A stretch of 64,000 nt of DNA from a virus. Positions 1 to 7,942 of this stretch are shown here, in pieces. Positions within the stretch are counted from its first letter, which is position 1. The number at the start of each line of letters is the position of its first letter. The notes beneath the pieces were generated by a model. That model saw only the letters and a list, made by a program, of their open reading frames with translations. It did not search any database and was not told the DNA's origin. The DNA lies in the IMG/VR virus record IMGVR_UViG_3300031952_000005, positions 1 to 64,000 of that record. The stretch is one strand, 5' to 3'. The translations under genes and the position numbers were made by a program.

Positions 1-2
1 TA

Positions 3-776
3 TTACCAACATCACAACCAAGTAGGTTAGTTAAGCAAAAATATGATACACTTGATAGACTATGTTTAGCTGATATAGCCACAAAAAGAACTGAATATAA
101 AAGATTTAACATCTACATCACTTCTGATGAAGAAATTAAAGAAGGTGATTGGTTTATTACAGACAAAAACACAATTTGTAAATGTGTTAGAGTAGATTGG
201 AAATATGCTTACTCTATTGAAGCAGGAAGTAGAAGTAAAAACAATTGTAAAAAAATCATCCTAACAACAGACCAAGACCTTATCAAAGATGGCGTAGAAG
301 TTATTAACGATGATTTTTTAGAATGGTTTGTGAAAAATCCAAGTTGTGAGGAAGTTGTTATAGACTTTGATTACAATTCTTACAAATTAGGTAAGTCAAA
401 ATCTAAATGCTACAAAATCATCATTCCAAAAGAAGAACCTACTCTTAAAGAACTGTATTTAAAAAATAATCCTGAAAGAAATATTGTTATAGAAGAAAGA
501 GTTAATAATTTTATGAAACAATTAGAACCTAAACAAGAAACAATTGAAGAAGCTTCTGAAAATTATAGTAAAACATTTATAGAAGATGATGGAACAGCAG
601 AAGTAGATTTTATAGCAGGTGCTAAATGGCAAGCTAAAAGAAGTTATAGTGAAGAAGAAGTTTTAGAAATATTAAAACATCATACCTCTTATTTTGAAAG
701 TTTTATATATCAATATATTGATAAAAATGATATGGAAGAAAATAAAGAATGGTTTGAACAATTTAAAAAGAAATAA
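3..776 (+). CDS. Hypothetical modular phage protein, 5'-truncated by the window edge (frame is open from nt 3, well upstream of the called GTG start at 330)
   Basis: Frame 3 reads LPTSQPSRL...NIYITSDEEIKEGDWF...KKIILTTDQDLIKDG...FLEWFVKNPSCEEV...KQETIEEA...GAKWQ...SYSEEEV...WFEQFKKK without stops. These blocks resemble Flavobacteriia phage hypothetical proteins. Confidence 0.75.
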   Translation, partial: LPTSQPSRLVKQKYDTLDRLCLADIATKRTEYKRFNIYITSDEEIKEGDWFITDKNTICKCVRVDWKYAYSIEAGSRSKNNCKKIILTTDQDLIKDGVEVINDDFLEWFVKNPSCEEVVIDFDYNSYKLGKSKSKCYKIIIPKEEPTLKELYLKNNPERNIVIEERVNNFMKQLEPKQETIEEASENYSKTFIEDDGTAEVDFIAGAKWQAKRSYSEEEVLEILKHHTSYFESFIYQYIDKNDMEENKEWFEQFKKK

Positions 777-777
777 G

Positions 778-1026
778 ATGAAAACAACAGAAATAAAAGA
801 TTTAGCATATTGGAAAGCAAATGCGGAAGAAGATTATTTACAAGTTCCAATTAGTGTATTAAAATATATTTCTCAATTAGAACAACAAGAAAAAAGTTAT
901 AGTGAGGAAGAAGTTGAATTAATTGCTAATGAAATGGTTAATTGGGCAATTGATAATATTGGCAATACAAACCCTCAAAGTGGTAAAAAGTTTGATGAGG
1001 TTATGGCAAAATTTAAAAATAAATAA
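778..1026 (+). CDS. Hypothetical protein (MKTTEIKDLAYW...), shares the SYSEEEV module with the upstream gene
   Basis: ATG at 778 lies immediately after the upstream TAA and is a more plausible start than 694. Confidence 0.7.
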   Translation: MKTTEIKDLAYWKANAEEDYLQVPISVLKYISQLEQQEKSYSEEEVELIANEMVNWAIDNIGNTNPQSGKKFDEVMAKFKNK

Positions 1027-1063
1027 AAATGAAAAAAGTATTAATAATGAAAAACAATAAATT

Positions 1064-1390
1064 ATGAGTGGAGGACACTGGGAATACTTGCAGTATAGGT
1101 TTACAGATGTATCTAATGATATAGAAAAACTTATAGAAAATAATGGTAAGCAAAAGAGCGCCGAGGAAATAAAAGAAAATCATTGGCATGATGATGATTG
1201 GTATAATAAGTACCCTGAGGATAGGTATCATTATGAATACCCTAAAGAAGTAATCGAAGAGTTTAGAATAGGTGCTAATATAATTAAGTTAGCCCAAATC
1301 TATATGCATCGTATAGACTGGTTATTATCTGGTGATGATGGAGAAGAACAATTTTTAATAAGATTAAAAAAAGAATTAGAAAACAAATAA
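1064..1390 (+). CDS. Conserved phage hypothetical protein (MSGG...RIDWLLSGDDGEE)
   Basis: ORF track; the MSGG start and DWLxSGDxGE end are typical of a phage hypothetical family. Confidence 0.7.
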   Translation: MSGGHWEYLQYRFTDVSNDIEKLIENNGKQKSAEEIKENHWHDDDWYNKYPEDRYHYEYPKEVIEEFRIGANIIKLAQIYMHRIDWLLSGDDGEEQFLIRLKKELENK

Positions 1391-1393
1391 GAT

Positions 1394-1492
1394 ATGGAGA
1401 CATTTGGAGCACTTGCAGGAATAGCATTAATTATATTAGCAGTATCTATTCTATTTAATGGTGGTATCACAATAACAATTAAAAAGAAATAA
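1394..1492 (+). CDS. Unannotated 32-aa single-TM peptide METFGALAGIALIILAVSILFNGGITITIKKK
   Basis: Translated by hand; fills the gap between neighbouring genes; hydrophobic core with a basic tail. Confidence 0.65.
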   Translation: METFGALAGIALIILAVSILFNGGITITIKKK

Positions 1493-1497
1493 GAGTT

Positions 1498-1689
1498 ATG
1501 GAAAAAGGAAATACATACACAGAAAATGAGTTAGAAGAAAAAGCTCATCTTGAAGAAGAAATAAGATTTATCCTTAACCTAGACTATATATCTAATGTTT
1601 CAGTTACAGTAGGTAATATGTTAATAAAAAGATGGAAACAATTAGTAGAATGGAAAGAAGATGATACCCCTCCTCATGAAACAACCTAA
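1498..1689 (+). CDS. Hypothetical protein
   Basis: ORF track, operon packing. Confidence 0.55.
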   Translation: MEKGNTYTENELEEKAHLEEEIRFILNLDYISNVSVTVGNMLIKRWKQLVEWKEDDTPPHETT

Positions 1690-1858
1690 GAAAAAAGAAT
1701 CTGTTATACCTGAGTATACTATTGGTCAAGTAATAAGACATACTAAATGGGGTACAGGAGAAGTTATCAATGTTATTCCTGGCGAAGCAATAAAAGTACA
1801 ATTTGGTAAAACACAAAGAATACTTTTGTTACAATACAATAAAACTACAATATTATGA
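1661..1858 (+). CDS. Small Tudor/SH3-like protein resembling the PcrA/UvrD C-terminal domain
   Basis: IGQVIRHTKWGTGEVINV...IKVQFG matches the GxxVxHxKFGxGxV...VxF pattern. Confidence 0.55.
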   Translation: MIPLLMKQPKKKESVIPEYTIGQVIRHTKWGTGEVINVIPGEAIKVQFGKTQRILLLQYNKTTIL

Positions 1859-2331
1859 GTGCATATGTATTTAGTGATCCACATTTTCATCATGAAAATA
1901 TGGCAAAACATCGAGGTTTTTCTTGTGCAGAAGAAATGAATGAACACATTGTAAAGAACTGGAATAACTATGTATCAAAAAGAGATGCAGTGTATCTACT
2001 AGGTGATATTACAATGGAAAAAAATAACTACGCAATTCTTGATAGACTCAACGGTGTTATAAACGTAGTTCTGGGAAACCATGACCAGCGTCAACATGTT
2101 AAATATCTTGCAGAACATGTAAATTCAGTAGCAGGAATGATTGACTATAAAGACAAGTGTATACTAACACACTGTCCAGTGCATCCAAGTCAGTTAGCAT
2201 TCAGATATTCATATAATATTCATGGACATGTTCATGAAAACAGTATTGATGATGAAAGATACGTTAACGTGTGTGCAGAAGTTATTGATTACAGACCTAG
2301 ATTAATAATGAACTTGGTTCCTTATATGTAA
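1855..2331 (+). CDS. Calcineurin-like metallophosphoesterase
   Basis: Motifs SDPH, LLGD, GNHD, THCP, HGHVH. Confidence 0.9.
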   Translation: MSAYVFSDPHFHHENMAKHRGFSCAEEMNEHIVKNWNNYVSKRDAVYLLGDITMEKNNYAILDRLNGVINVVLGNHDQRQHVKYLAEHVNSVAGMIDYKDKCILTHCPVHPSQLAFRYSYNIHGHVHENSIDDERYVNVCAEVIDYRPRLIMNLVPYM

Positions 2332-2335
2332 ATGT

Positions 2336-2602
2336 ATGAGAAAAAGAATCCCTTACAGAAAAAAAACCAGAAAAGAAAAATCAGTTATGCAAAAGTATTT
2401 TGAACATGCGTTAATTGCAGATGTTAAGTATGGTTTGTTAAAACCTGCTAAAAAACTAGTAGAATATTGTAAAGAAAATGACAAAATCATCATTAAAGAA
2501 CATGATGTAAAACATGTGCAAGATCATCTTACACCTGACTTTTTTAAATCTAAAATAGAAATTAAAAACTTTATTAGTTATGAACTACGAGGAGCATATT
2601 AA
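2336..2602 (+). CDS. Hypothetical basic protein
   Basis: ORF track, operon packing. Confidence 0.55.
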   Translation: MRKRIPYRKKTRKEKSVMQKYFEHALIADVKYGLLKPAKKLVEYCKENDKIIIKEHDVKHVQDHLTPDFFKSKIEIKNFISYELRGAY

Positions 2603-3140
2603 GAATTTTAAAGTAGCAAATACAGAGTTAATGTCATATTTGCTAAGTAAACAAGGAGGTTTTGCACCTATGGTAACAGTTCTTGTGAAAAAGAATGAAG
2701 AGGTTAATGTTATGGCAATTCCTATTCCAGAACAGTTTTTAGATTCAGAACTTTCAAAAGACATGTTGGCAAAAACATTACCAAGTTTGTTTGATCATGT
2801 TGTAAAACAAGGTATGGAACCTATGTGTTTTTCATTTTCATCTGAAGCGTGGTTACGCAAAACACCAGAAGGTGTAAAAGAACTACCAGATGACTGGAAA
2901 GATTTACCTAAAATAGAATGTTTAATTTCTACTTATGAATCTAAAAATGATTCATCAATGGATATACACGAGATTGTAAGAGAAGGTAAGCTTGCAAATG
3001 AAAATGGTGAATTAATTGACGCAATTGTATTAAAACCTTATGATACAGGTGAAAAACAACTTGTATCCATAGAAGGCAGATTTACAGGATTATTTGATAA
3101 TTATTTAAAAAGTAAAAAAGATGAACAAACAGATTGTTAG
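2580..3140 (+). CDS. Hypothetical protein
   Basis: 186-aa ORF overlapping its neighbours. Confidence 0.7.
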   Translation: MNYEEHIKNFKVANTELMSYLLSKQGGFAPMVTVLVKKNEEVNVMAIPIPEQFLDSELSKDMLAKTLPSLFDHVVKQGMEPMCFSFSSEAWLRKTPEGVKELPDDWKDLPKIECLISTYESKNDSSMDIHEIVREGKLANENGELIDAIVLKPYDTGEKQLVSIEGRFTGLFDNYLKSKKDEQTDC

Positions 3141-3387
3141 TGTAAATTTTGATTTTTCAGAAAAGTATATAGATAGTAGTTTTAGAACATTACATGCAAC
3201 AGTAAGATTGAGTATAGATGTAAAAAGTAAATCTTTTAACATTACACCAAATGAAACAAAACAAGATTTTGTGTTTATTAATACTTCAAAACATAATTGG
3301 CAAATGTGGATTGCAATAGCAAAAGCAATTCAAACAGCAACTGAGTTTGGAGTACAGTTTTTAGAAGATGTTGATTTAAAAGTATAA
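3121..3387 (+). CDS. Hypothetical protein
   Basis: ORF track. Confidence 0.6.
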   Translation: MNKQIVSVNFDFSEKYIDSSFRTLHATVRLSIDVKSKSFNITPNETKQDFVFINTSKHNWQMWIAIAKAIQTATEFGVQFLEDVDLKV

Positions 3388-3390
3388 ACA

Positions 3391-3591
3391 ATGGCACATC
3401 ATAGTGAAGATTTAGTAGGTAAACGTGTAGAGTTAATATACATGAATGACAATCAAGCACCTGAACCTGGTACAAAAGGTACAGTTACAAAAATAGATGG
3501 CATAGGTACAATACATGTCAACTGGGATAATGGTAGTTCTCTTGGATTGATTAAAGATGAAGATATATTTAAAGTAATACACGATGAGTAA
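3391..3591 (+). CDS. DUF4314-like small SH3-fold protein
   Basis: GKRVELIYMND...PGTKGTVTKIDGIGTIHVNWDNGSSLGLI fits the DUF4314 pattern. Confidence 0.8.
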   Translation: MAHHSEDLVGKRVELIYMNDNQAPEPGTKGTVTKIDGIGTIHVNWDNGSSLGLIKDEDIFKVIHDE

Positions 3592-3763
3592 TTTTAAAAA
3601 ACTAGTTGTACTTGATCATGGTGAACAAACTGTTACAGTATATTCTTATGATGAAGATATATGGGAATCTCCTGAAGATTTTACAGATGAAGATGGCAAT
3701 TGTTTACTAGACAGCAACTGTCAATGGATGGTTGTAAAAAATCTTAATATAAAAATAGTATGA
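3584..3763 (+). CDS. Unannotated 59-aa acidic hypothetical protein (MSNFKKLVVLDHGEQ...NCQWMVVKNLNIKIV)
   Basis: Translated by hand; overlaps the upstream stop and fills the gap. Confidence 0.65.
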   Translation: MSNFKKLVVLDHGEQTVTVYSYDEDIWESPEDFTDEDGNCLLDSNCQWMVVKNLNIKIV

Positions 3764-3789
3764 TTATAACAATTTAAAATTAAAAGATT

Positions 3790-4197
3790 ATGTCGCACCC
3801 TTTATATCATAGTATAAGCAGCGTTAAGAAATTTGGCGGAAAAATTGATGATTACATTTGCTTGCATTCGTGGTTCGATGAGACCAAGAAGCACTATCCA
3901 GACATGCGTCATAGAGCATTACGACATCATTCAGAAGGTATTTTCTGGTGTGAAGAGAAGTTTGGCACTTATATCATTAACTCTGAAGGAAAAATGGTTC
4001 CTGTAAGAGCACTTGGTGAGCAGCATATTATGGAAGATATTGGTTTTATTCCAACTATTAAAGATTACCTTGACAACATGACTCAAGTAAACTGGATGTA
4101 TAAACCAGGTGAAGGTCGAAAAGTATTAAAAGCAATACAAGAAGAAAAATTAGATAATGTATTTAGTAACAAAGCAAAATTAGAAAATCATGAGTAA
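3790..4197 (+). CDS. DUF6915-like His-rich protein
   Basis: HPLYHSISSVKKFGG...WFDETK...HRALRHHSEGIF...VPVRALGEQHIMEDIGFIP. Confidence 0.75.
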   Translation: MSHPLYHSISSVKKFGGKIDDYICLHSWFDETKKHYPDMRHRALRHHSEGIFWCEEKFGTYIINSEGKMVPVRALGEQHIMEDIGFIPTIKDYLDNMTQVNWMYKPGEGRKVLKAIQEEKLDNVFSNKAKLENHE

Positions 4198-4873
4198 AAC
4201 ACTTAGTATAAAAGAGATTGTTGCATGGTGTGACAAACAAACTGAAGAAGGTAAATTACTTGAACTTTGCTGGGAAGGTGGAGGTGACTCTGGATGGGCA
4301 TTCTTTAAGATTGATGGTGACAATGCTGAGACAGAAGAAACAACTGCATTAGTAGACATGATCTATAATGAACTTGACTATGGTTCATGGGCAGGTGAAT
4401 TTTCTGCAAATGGTAGAGCAACATATGATCCAATGACTAAATGTTTTGAAGGTATTGATCACTATTCAGAAGATGATTTCGATACACTTACATTGGCAGA
4501 ACCAATTCAAGTGCTTATTCCAAAATCATTAGGTTTTGACAGTATTGAATATAATATTAAAGGAGATGATAGTGATGAAGTGAGAGTAGAAATTACTTTT
4601 AATATTGTAAATGGTTTTATTAGACCAGAATTACATGAACTTGAAGAAAAAATGTCAAAAGAAATTAAAGAAGAACTCAACAATGTATTTGAAAACATTG
4701 ATGTAAACTACTTTAATACACATGTGTTTGTAGAAAGACATGAAATGAACATGCAAAATGATAATGTTGTGTTTCAAATTAATCACGTTGAATATTTAAC
4801 ATGGAATAGTCAAAAAAATACAATATGTTTAGATTTACAAGAACGATTAGAAAACGAAAAAGAAAATGAATAA
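4190..4873 (+). CDS. DUF6878-like acidic protein
   Basis: WEGGGDSG motif, then YGSWAGEFSANG; acidic composition. Confidence 0.55.
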   Translation: MSKTLSIKEIVAWCDKQTEEGKLLELCWEGGGDSGWAFFKIDGDNAETEETTALVDMIYNELDYGSWAGEFSANGRATYDPMTKCFEGIDHYSEDDFDTLTLAEPIQVLIPKSLGFDSIEYNIKGDDSDEVRVEITFNIVNGFIRPELHELEEKMSKEIKEELNNVFENIDVNYFNTHVFVERHEMNMQNDNVVFQINHVEYLTWNSQKNTICLDLQERLENEKENE

Positions 4874-5564
4874 ATTTGAAAATTATACATTCACAGTAAG
4901 GAATGTAAGAGGTGTATCATTAGATGAAGCACTAAGATTGTGGAAAACAACATACTCTTCTTTTAACGAGTTTCTGAAAAATGTGATTATCTATGAATCA
5001 CTTGAAGAATTTGGCGATTACGTGTCAACTATATGGTCTGACATTAAAACTATTGAAGTATCAGAAGCGTTTGAACAGATTAATACAGAAAGAAGAAGAT
5101 TGTATTTTGACATAATAGGTGTAGATAATGTCTTTGAAAGTGTAGATCCTGATCTAATAGACATGAAAAGCATCGCGTTAAACAACAGAAGATGGGATGC
5201 TGATGGAAAAGAATATCTACAAACAGGTATTGACACCTATAAACTTTACAAAATTGATAGTTACAAGTTATTTGGTAGTACCATCAGTGAGTGGCAACGC
5301 AAAAACAGTGCTGTATATGCAGTAAACTGTACTTGTACTTCAACTGGTAAAAGTTATTGGTTGTATGTACCACGTGAGGTAGGAATAAAAGAATCTGCGT
5401 TAGAAGCAATCGCATGGACTTGCAGAATTGGTATTACCAATCCAAAAGCAATTTACAGACAAGGTGATATTTTTATTGTTGCTGCAAATGCAGACTCAGA
5501 AGAATGTACACCATATCATTTAGACTATGCAACATACAGTAAACTAATCCAATCTCAAACATAA
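4866..5564 (+). CDS. DUF6745-like protein
   Basis: NTERRR, VNCTCTSTGKSYWLYVP, ALEAIAWT, RQGD, and a terminal ..QT. Confidence 0.6.
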   Translation: MNKFENYTFTVRNVRGVSLDEALRLWKTTYSSFNEFLKNVIIYESLEEFGDYVSTIWSDIKTIEVSEAFEQINTERRRLYFDIIGVDNVFESVDPDLIDMKSIALNNRRWDADGKEYLQTGIDTYKLYKIDSYKLFGSTISEWQRKNSAVYAVNCTCTSTGKSYWLYVPREVGIKESALEAIAWTCRIGITNPKAIYRQGDIFIVAANADSEECTPYHLDYATYSKLIQSQT

Positions 5565-5818
5565 TGGCAACACAACTAAAATCCAATCGAATTGTACTAG
5601 CATTAGGTGATTTTGCTAATACACATGCAGTTGTTTCTGACAAACAAATGCAGTATGAACACTTAGACAACAGTGTTATTAAATTTAACGTTGCAAAAGA
5701 AGCAACTATTACACATGAGGAACATGATATAATCAAAATTCCTGGTGATGTATATTATAAATTCAATCAACTTGAGTTTAATCCATTTAATAATACAGTA
5801 TCATTTGTATTTGATTAA
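5564..5818 (+). CDS. Small HEEH-motif beta protein (usual partner of DUF6745-like genes)
   Basis: LALGD..THAV...THEEHDIIKIPG.YY..NQLEFNP. Confidence 0.65.
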   Translation: MATQLKSNRIVLALGDFANTHAVVSDKQMQYEHLDNSVIKFNVAKEATITHEEHDIIKIPGDVYYKFNQLEFNPFNNTVSFVFD

Positions 5819-5825
5819 GTAATTA

Positions 5826-5872
5826 GTAACGCGGATTCAAATATTTATTATAGCGAATCCGTGTTACTTTTT
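5826..5872 (+). terminator. Stem-loop with U-tract closing the DUF module
   Basis: GTAACGCGGATTC...GAATCCGTGTTAC forms a 13-bp stem (one G-U pair) with a 16-nt loop, followed by TTTTT. Confidence 0.7.
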
Positions 5873-5902
5873 AAAATTTTTTGTAATATTGTAAAAAAAA
5901 CC

Positions 5903-6160
5903 ATGATGCACATTATTGTACTTTTATTGATAATTTTATTATTTATAGTGTTCATAGTACTTGAAATATGTACTGTATCCTATACTTTTATATTTGATTT
6001 TGTTAAAGGTTTTGTAATTGGCGCTCTTTACAATGAAGATGAATATCCAGAAGAAAATTTAGTAGAACACGTCATACAAATTGGATTGGTGTTTTGTACT
6101 TTTTCTTTCATTTGGGAAACAAATAATAACAATAATTCAAATAATAATTATGCAAGTTAA
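5903..6160 (+). CDS. Small membrane protein
   Basis: Strongly hydrophobic N-terminus; ATG at 5903 preferred over the called start. Confidence 0.6.
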   Translation: MMHIIVLLLIILLFIVFIVLEICTVSYTFIFDFVKGFVIGALYNEDEYPEENLVEHVIQIGLVFCTFSFIWETNNNNNSNNNYAS

Positions 6161-6593
6161 AATAAAAAAACTACACGATTTAGTAGAAATACTTACTTAC
6201 GCAAAAGAAGGAGACGCTGGAATGGATCTTACAGCAGTTAAAATTGAAAAAGATGCATATGGTAATGCAGTGATTTACACAGGATTAGCATTAGAAATTC
6301 CAAAAGGATATGTTGGATTAGTTTTTCCTAGAAGTAGTATATCAAAATACGACATGCATTTACGAAATAGTGTTGGTGTTATTGATAGTGGTTACAGAGG
6401 AGAAATTATGCTAAAGTTTAGTTTCTTGGAAGATGGTAATCTGTATCAAATGGGTGACAAGGTTGCTCAATTAATTATAATGCCTTATCCTCAAATTACT
6501 TTTGAAGAAGTTGATGAATTATCAGAAACAGAAAGAGGAGAAGGTGGTTTTGGATCAACTACAATGCAAGATGAAGTTACAACTAATTTGTAA
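6150..6593 (+). CDS. dut: Trimeric dUTPase
   Basis: AGMDL, RSS, GVIDSGYRGE, AQ and RGEGGFGST motifs; start at MQVKIKK. Confidence 0.97.
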   Translation: MQVKIKKLHDLVEILTYAKEGDAGMDLTAVKIEKDAYGNAVIYTGLALEIPKGYVGLVFPRSSISKYDMHLRNSVGVIDSGYRGEIMLKFSFLEDGNLYQMGDKVAQLIIMPYPQITFEEVDELSETERGEGGFGSTTMQDEVTTNL

Positions 6594-6726
6594 CATATCA
6601 GAAGATTTTGGAGCAGGTTTTTTTATTATGAAAGAACCTGTTTTATCATCTACTTGTTACAGCGTGTATGTAAAAATACTTTGGTTTAAAATTGGTTTTG
6701 GTATAAAATATGGAAACAAATTATGA
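6571..6726 (+). CDS. Small hypothetical protein
   Basis: MKLQLICN...; overlaps both neighbours. Confidence 0.45.
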   Translation: MKLQLICNISEDFGAGFFIMKEPVLSSTCYSVYVKILWFKIGFGIKYGNKL

Positions 6727-7084
6727 TACAGGACAAATAGAAATTGTTGGTCCATACGGTAGAGTTTTTTTATATACACATAAAACTGCAAGCGATTTAA
6801 TCAATGTTGTTAGTGATGTTTTGTGCAGAGTAGTAAGATGGGATGATCCTGATTATCTTGCAAGAATGATTTTTTGCAGAATGATTCCTAAAAGCAAATG
6901 GGATAGTGAATTAGGATTTGGTATTGGTACTCAAATGTACAAAGATGTCAATATATTAATAACACTTGATACTGTTCATGCTACAGTTAAAATATTTTCT
7001 TATTTTGATACAAGTGCTACACGCGGTGTAGCAATGTCTTTTGCAGATTTTATAAATAAATATGCAGATAATGCTAATTTATAA
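6710..7084 (+). CDS. Conserved phage hypothetical protein
   Basis: VFLYTH...RWDDPDYLARMIFCRM...GFGIG pattern. Confidence 0.7.
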   Translation: METNYDTGQIEIVGPYGRVFLYTHKTASDLINVVSDVLCRVVRWDDPDYLARMIFCRMIPKSKWDSELGFGIGTQMYKDVNILITLDTVHATVKIFSYFDTSATRGVAMSFADFINKYADNANL

Positions 7085-7209
7085 AAGTAATAGAAAATAA
7101 AGTTAAGTCATAGCGTTATAGTCGAAAAAACTTTTTCATAAATATCAATTTGTCATTTTTAGTGAAAAATATGTATTATTTTAGTACGTAAAATTAATAA
7201 TCAACTAAA

Positions 7210-7494
7210 ATGATATACCAGTTGCCCAATGGTAAAAGTATAGAAATGTCAATAGAACAGTATTTAAGAATGTCTGATGATGAACTTAAAAACATGGTTG
7301 CTTACAATTTTGGTGAAGAATTTAATGATCCTTTTATTTTTAGTGTATTAAGACACGGTCTTGCAAAAGAAGACGTTGAAGAAGAATTAGAAAATGATTT
7401 TTCTGAAGAAGAAATAGAAGATCTACTAGATGTTGCACCAGAAGATAAGATATTTGATGAAGACTATATTGACTACGATAATTTAGAACAATAA
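7210..7494 (+). CDS. Acidic hypothetical protein (MIYQLPNGK...)
   Basis: ORF track; C-terminal half is D/E-rich. Confidence 0.75.
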   Translation: MIYQLPNGKSIEMSIEQYLRMSDDELKNMVAYNFGEEFNDPFIFSVLRHGLAKEDVEEELENDFSEEEIEDLLDVAPEDKIFDEDYIDYDNLEQ

Positions 7495-7914
7495 ATGATT
7501 CAAGTAAAAAAAAAGGTTTGTGATAGTTGTAAAACAGAACAAATCATATGGAAAAACCACAATGGCAATAAGTGTTGCAGACAGTGTTGGTTAAAGGAAC
7601 ACTTGTCACCACTTCTTAAAAAACTACCAAAACCTATTAAACCAAAATCTGACAAAAAAAGTATACAAGATCAATTATATACTGTTTTGAGAAACAAGTT
7701 TTTTCAAAATGATAATAACAAGTCTTGTAAAGCAAAATTACAAGGGTGTATGTTAATTGCTTGTGACGTACATCATTTATATTCAGGTAGCAGTAGATCA
7801 GAACATTACTTAAATGTAAAAGAATGGATACCAGTTTGTAGAAACTGCCATTCTGTAATTCATAATAAAATGACAAAAGAAGAACTTATTAGTTTGAATT
7901 TAAAAAAAATATGA
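7495..7914 (+). CDS. Zn-binding HNH nuclease (NinG/Rap-like)
   Basis: CxxC pairs, DVHH, WIPVCRNCHSVIH. Confidence 0.75.
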   Translation: MIQVKKKVCDSCKTEQIIWKNHNGNKCCRQCWLKEHLSPLLKKLPKPIKPKSDKKSIQDQLYTVLRNKFFQNDNNKSCKAKLQGCMLIACDVHHLYSGSSRSEHYLNVKEWIPVCRNCHSVIHNKMTKEELISLNLKKI

Positions 7915-7924
7915 TGTATATTTG
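7893..7924 (+). promoter_or_regulatory. Bacteroidota-type sigma promoter upstream of the GIY-YIG HEG
   Basis: TTTG (7893-7896), 20-nt spacer, TATATTTG (7917-7924), matching the -33/-7 consensus. Confidence 0.65.
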
Positions 7925-7942
7925 TAGTATAATACTAAAGAT

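Noticed and set aside
694-777. Called N-terminal extensions (694, 5861, 6081, 24090 and 25151 starts)
   Set aside because: They overlap upstream genes or a terminator; downstream ATGs at 778, 5903, 6150, 24066 and 25085 fit gene packing and domain starts better.
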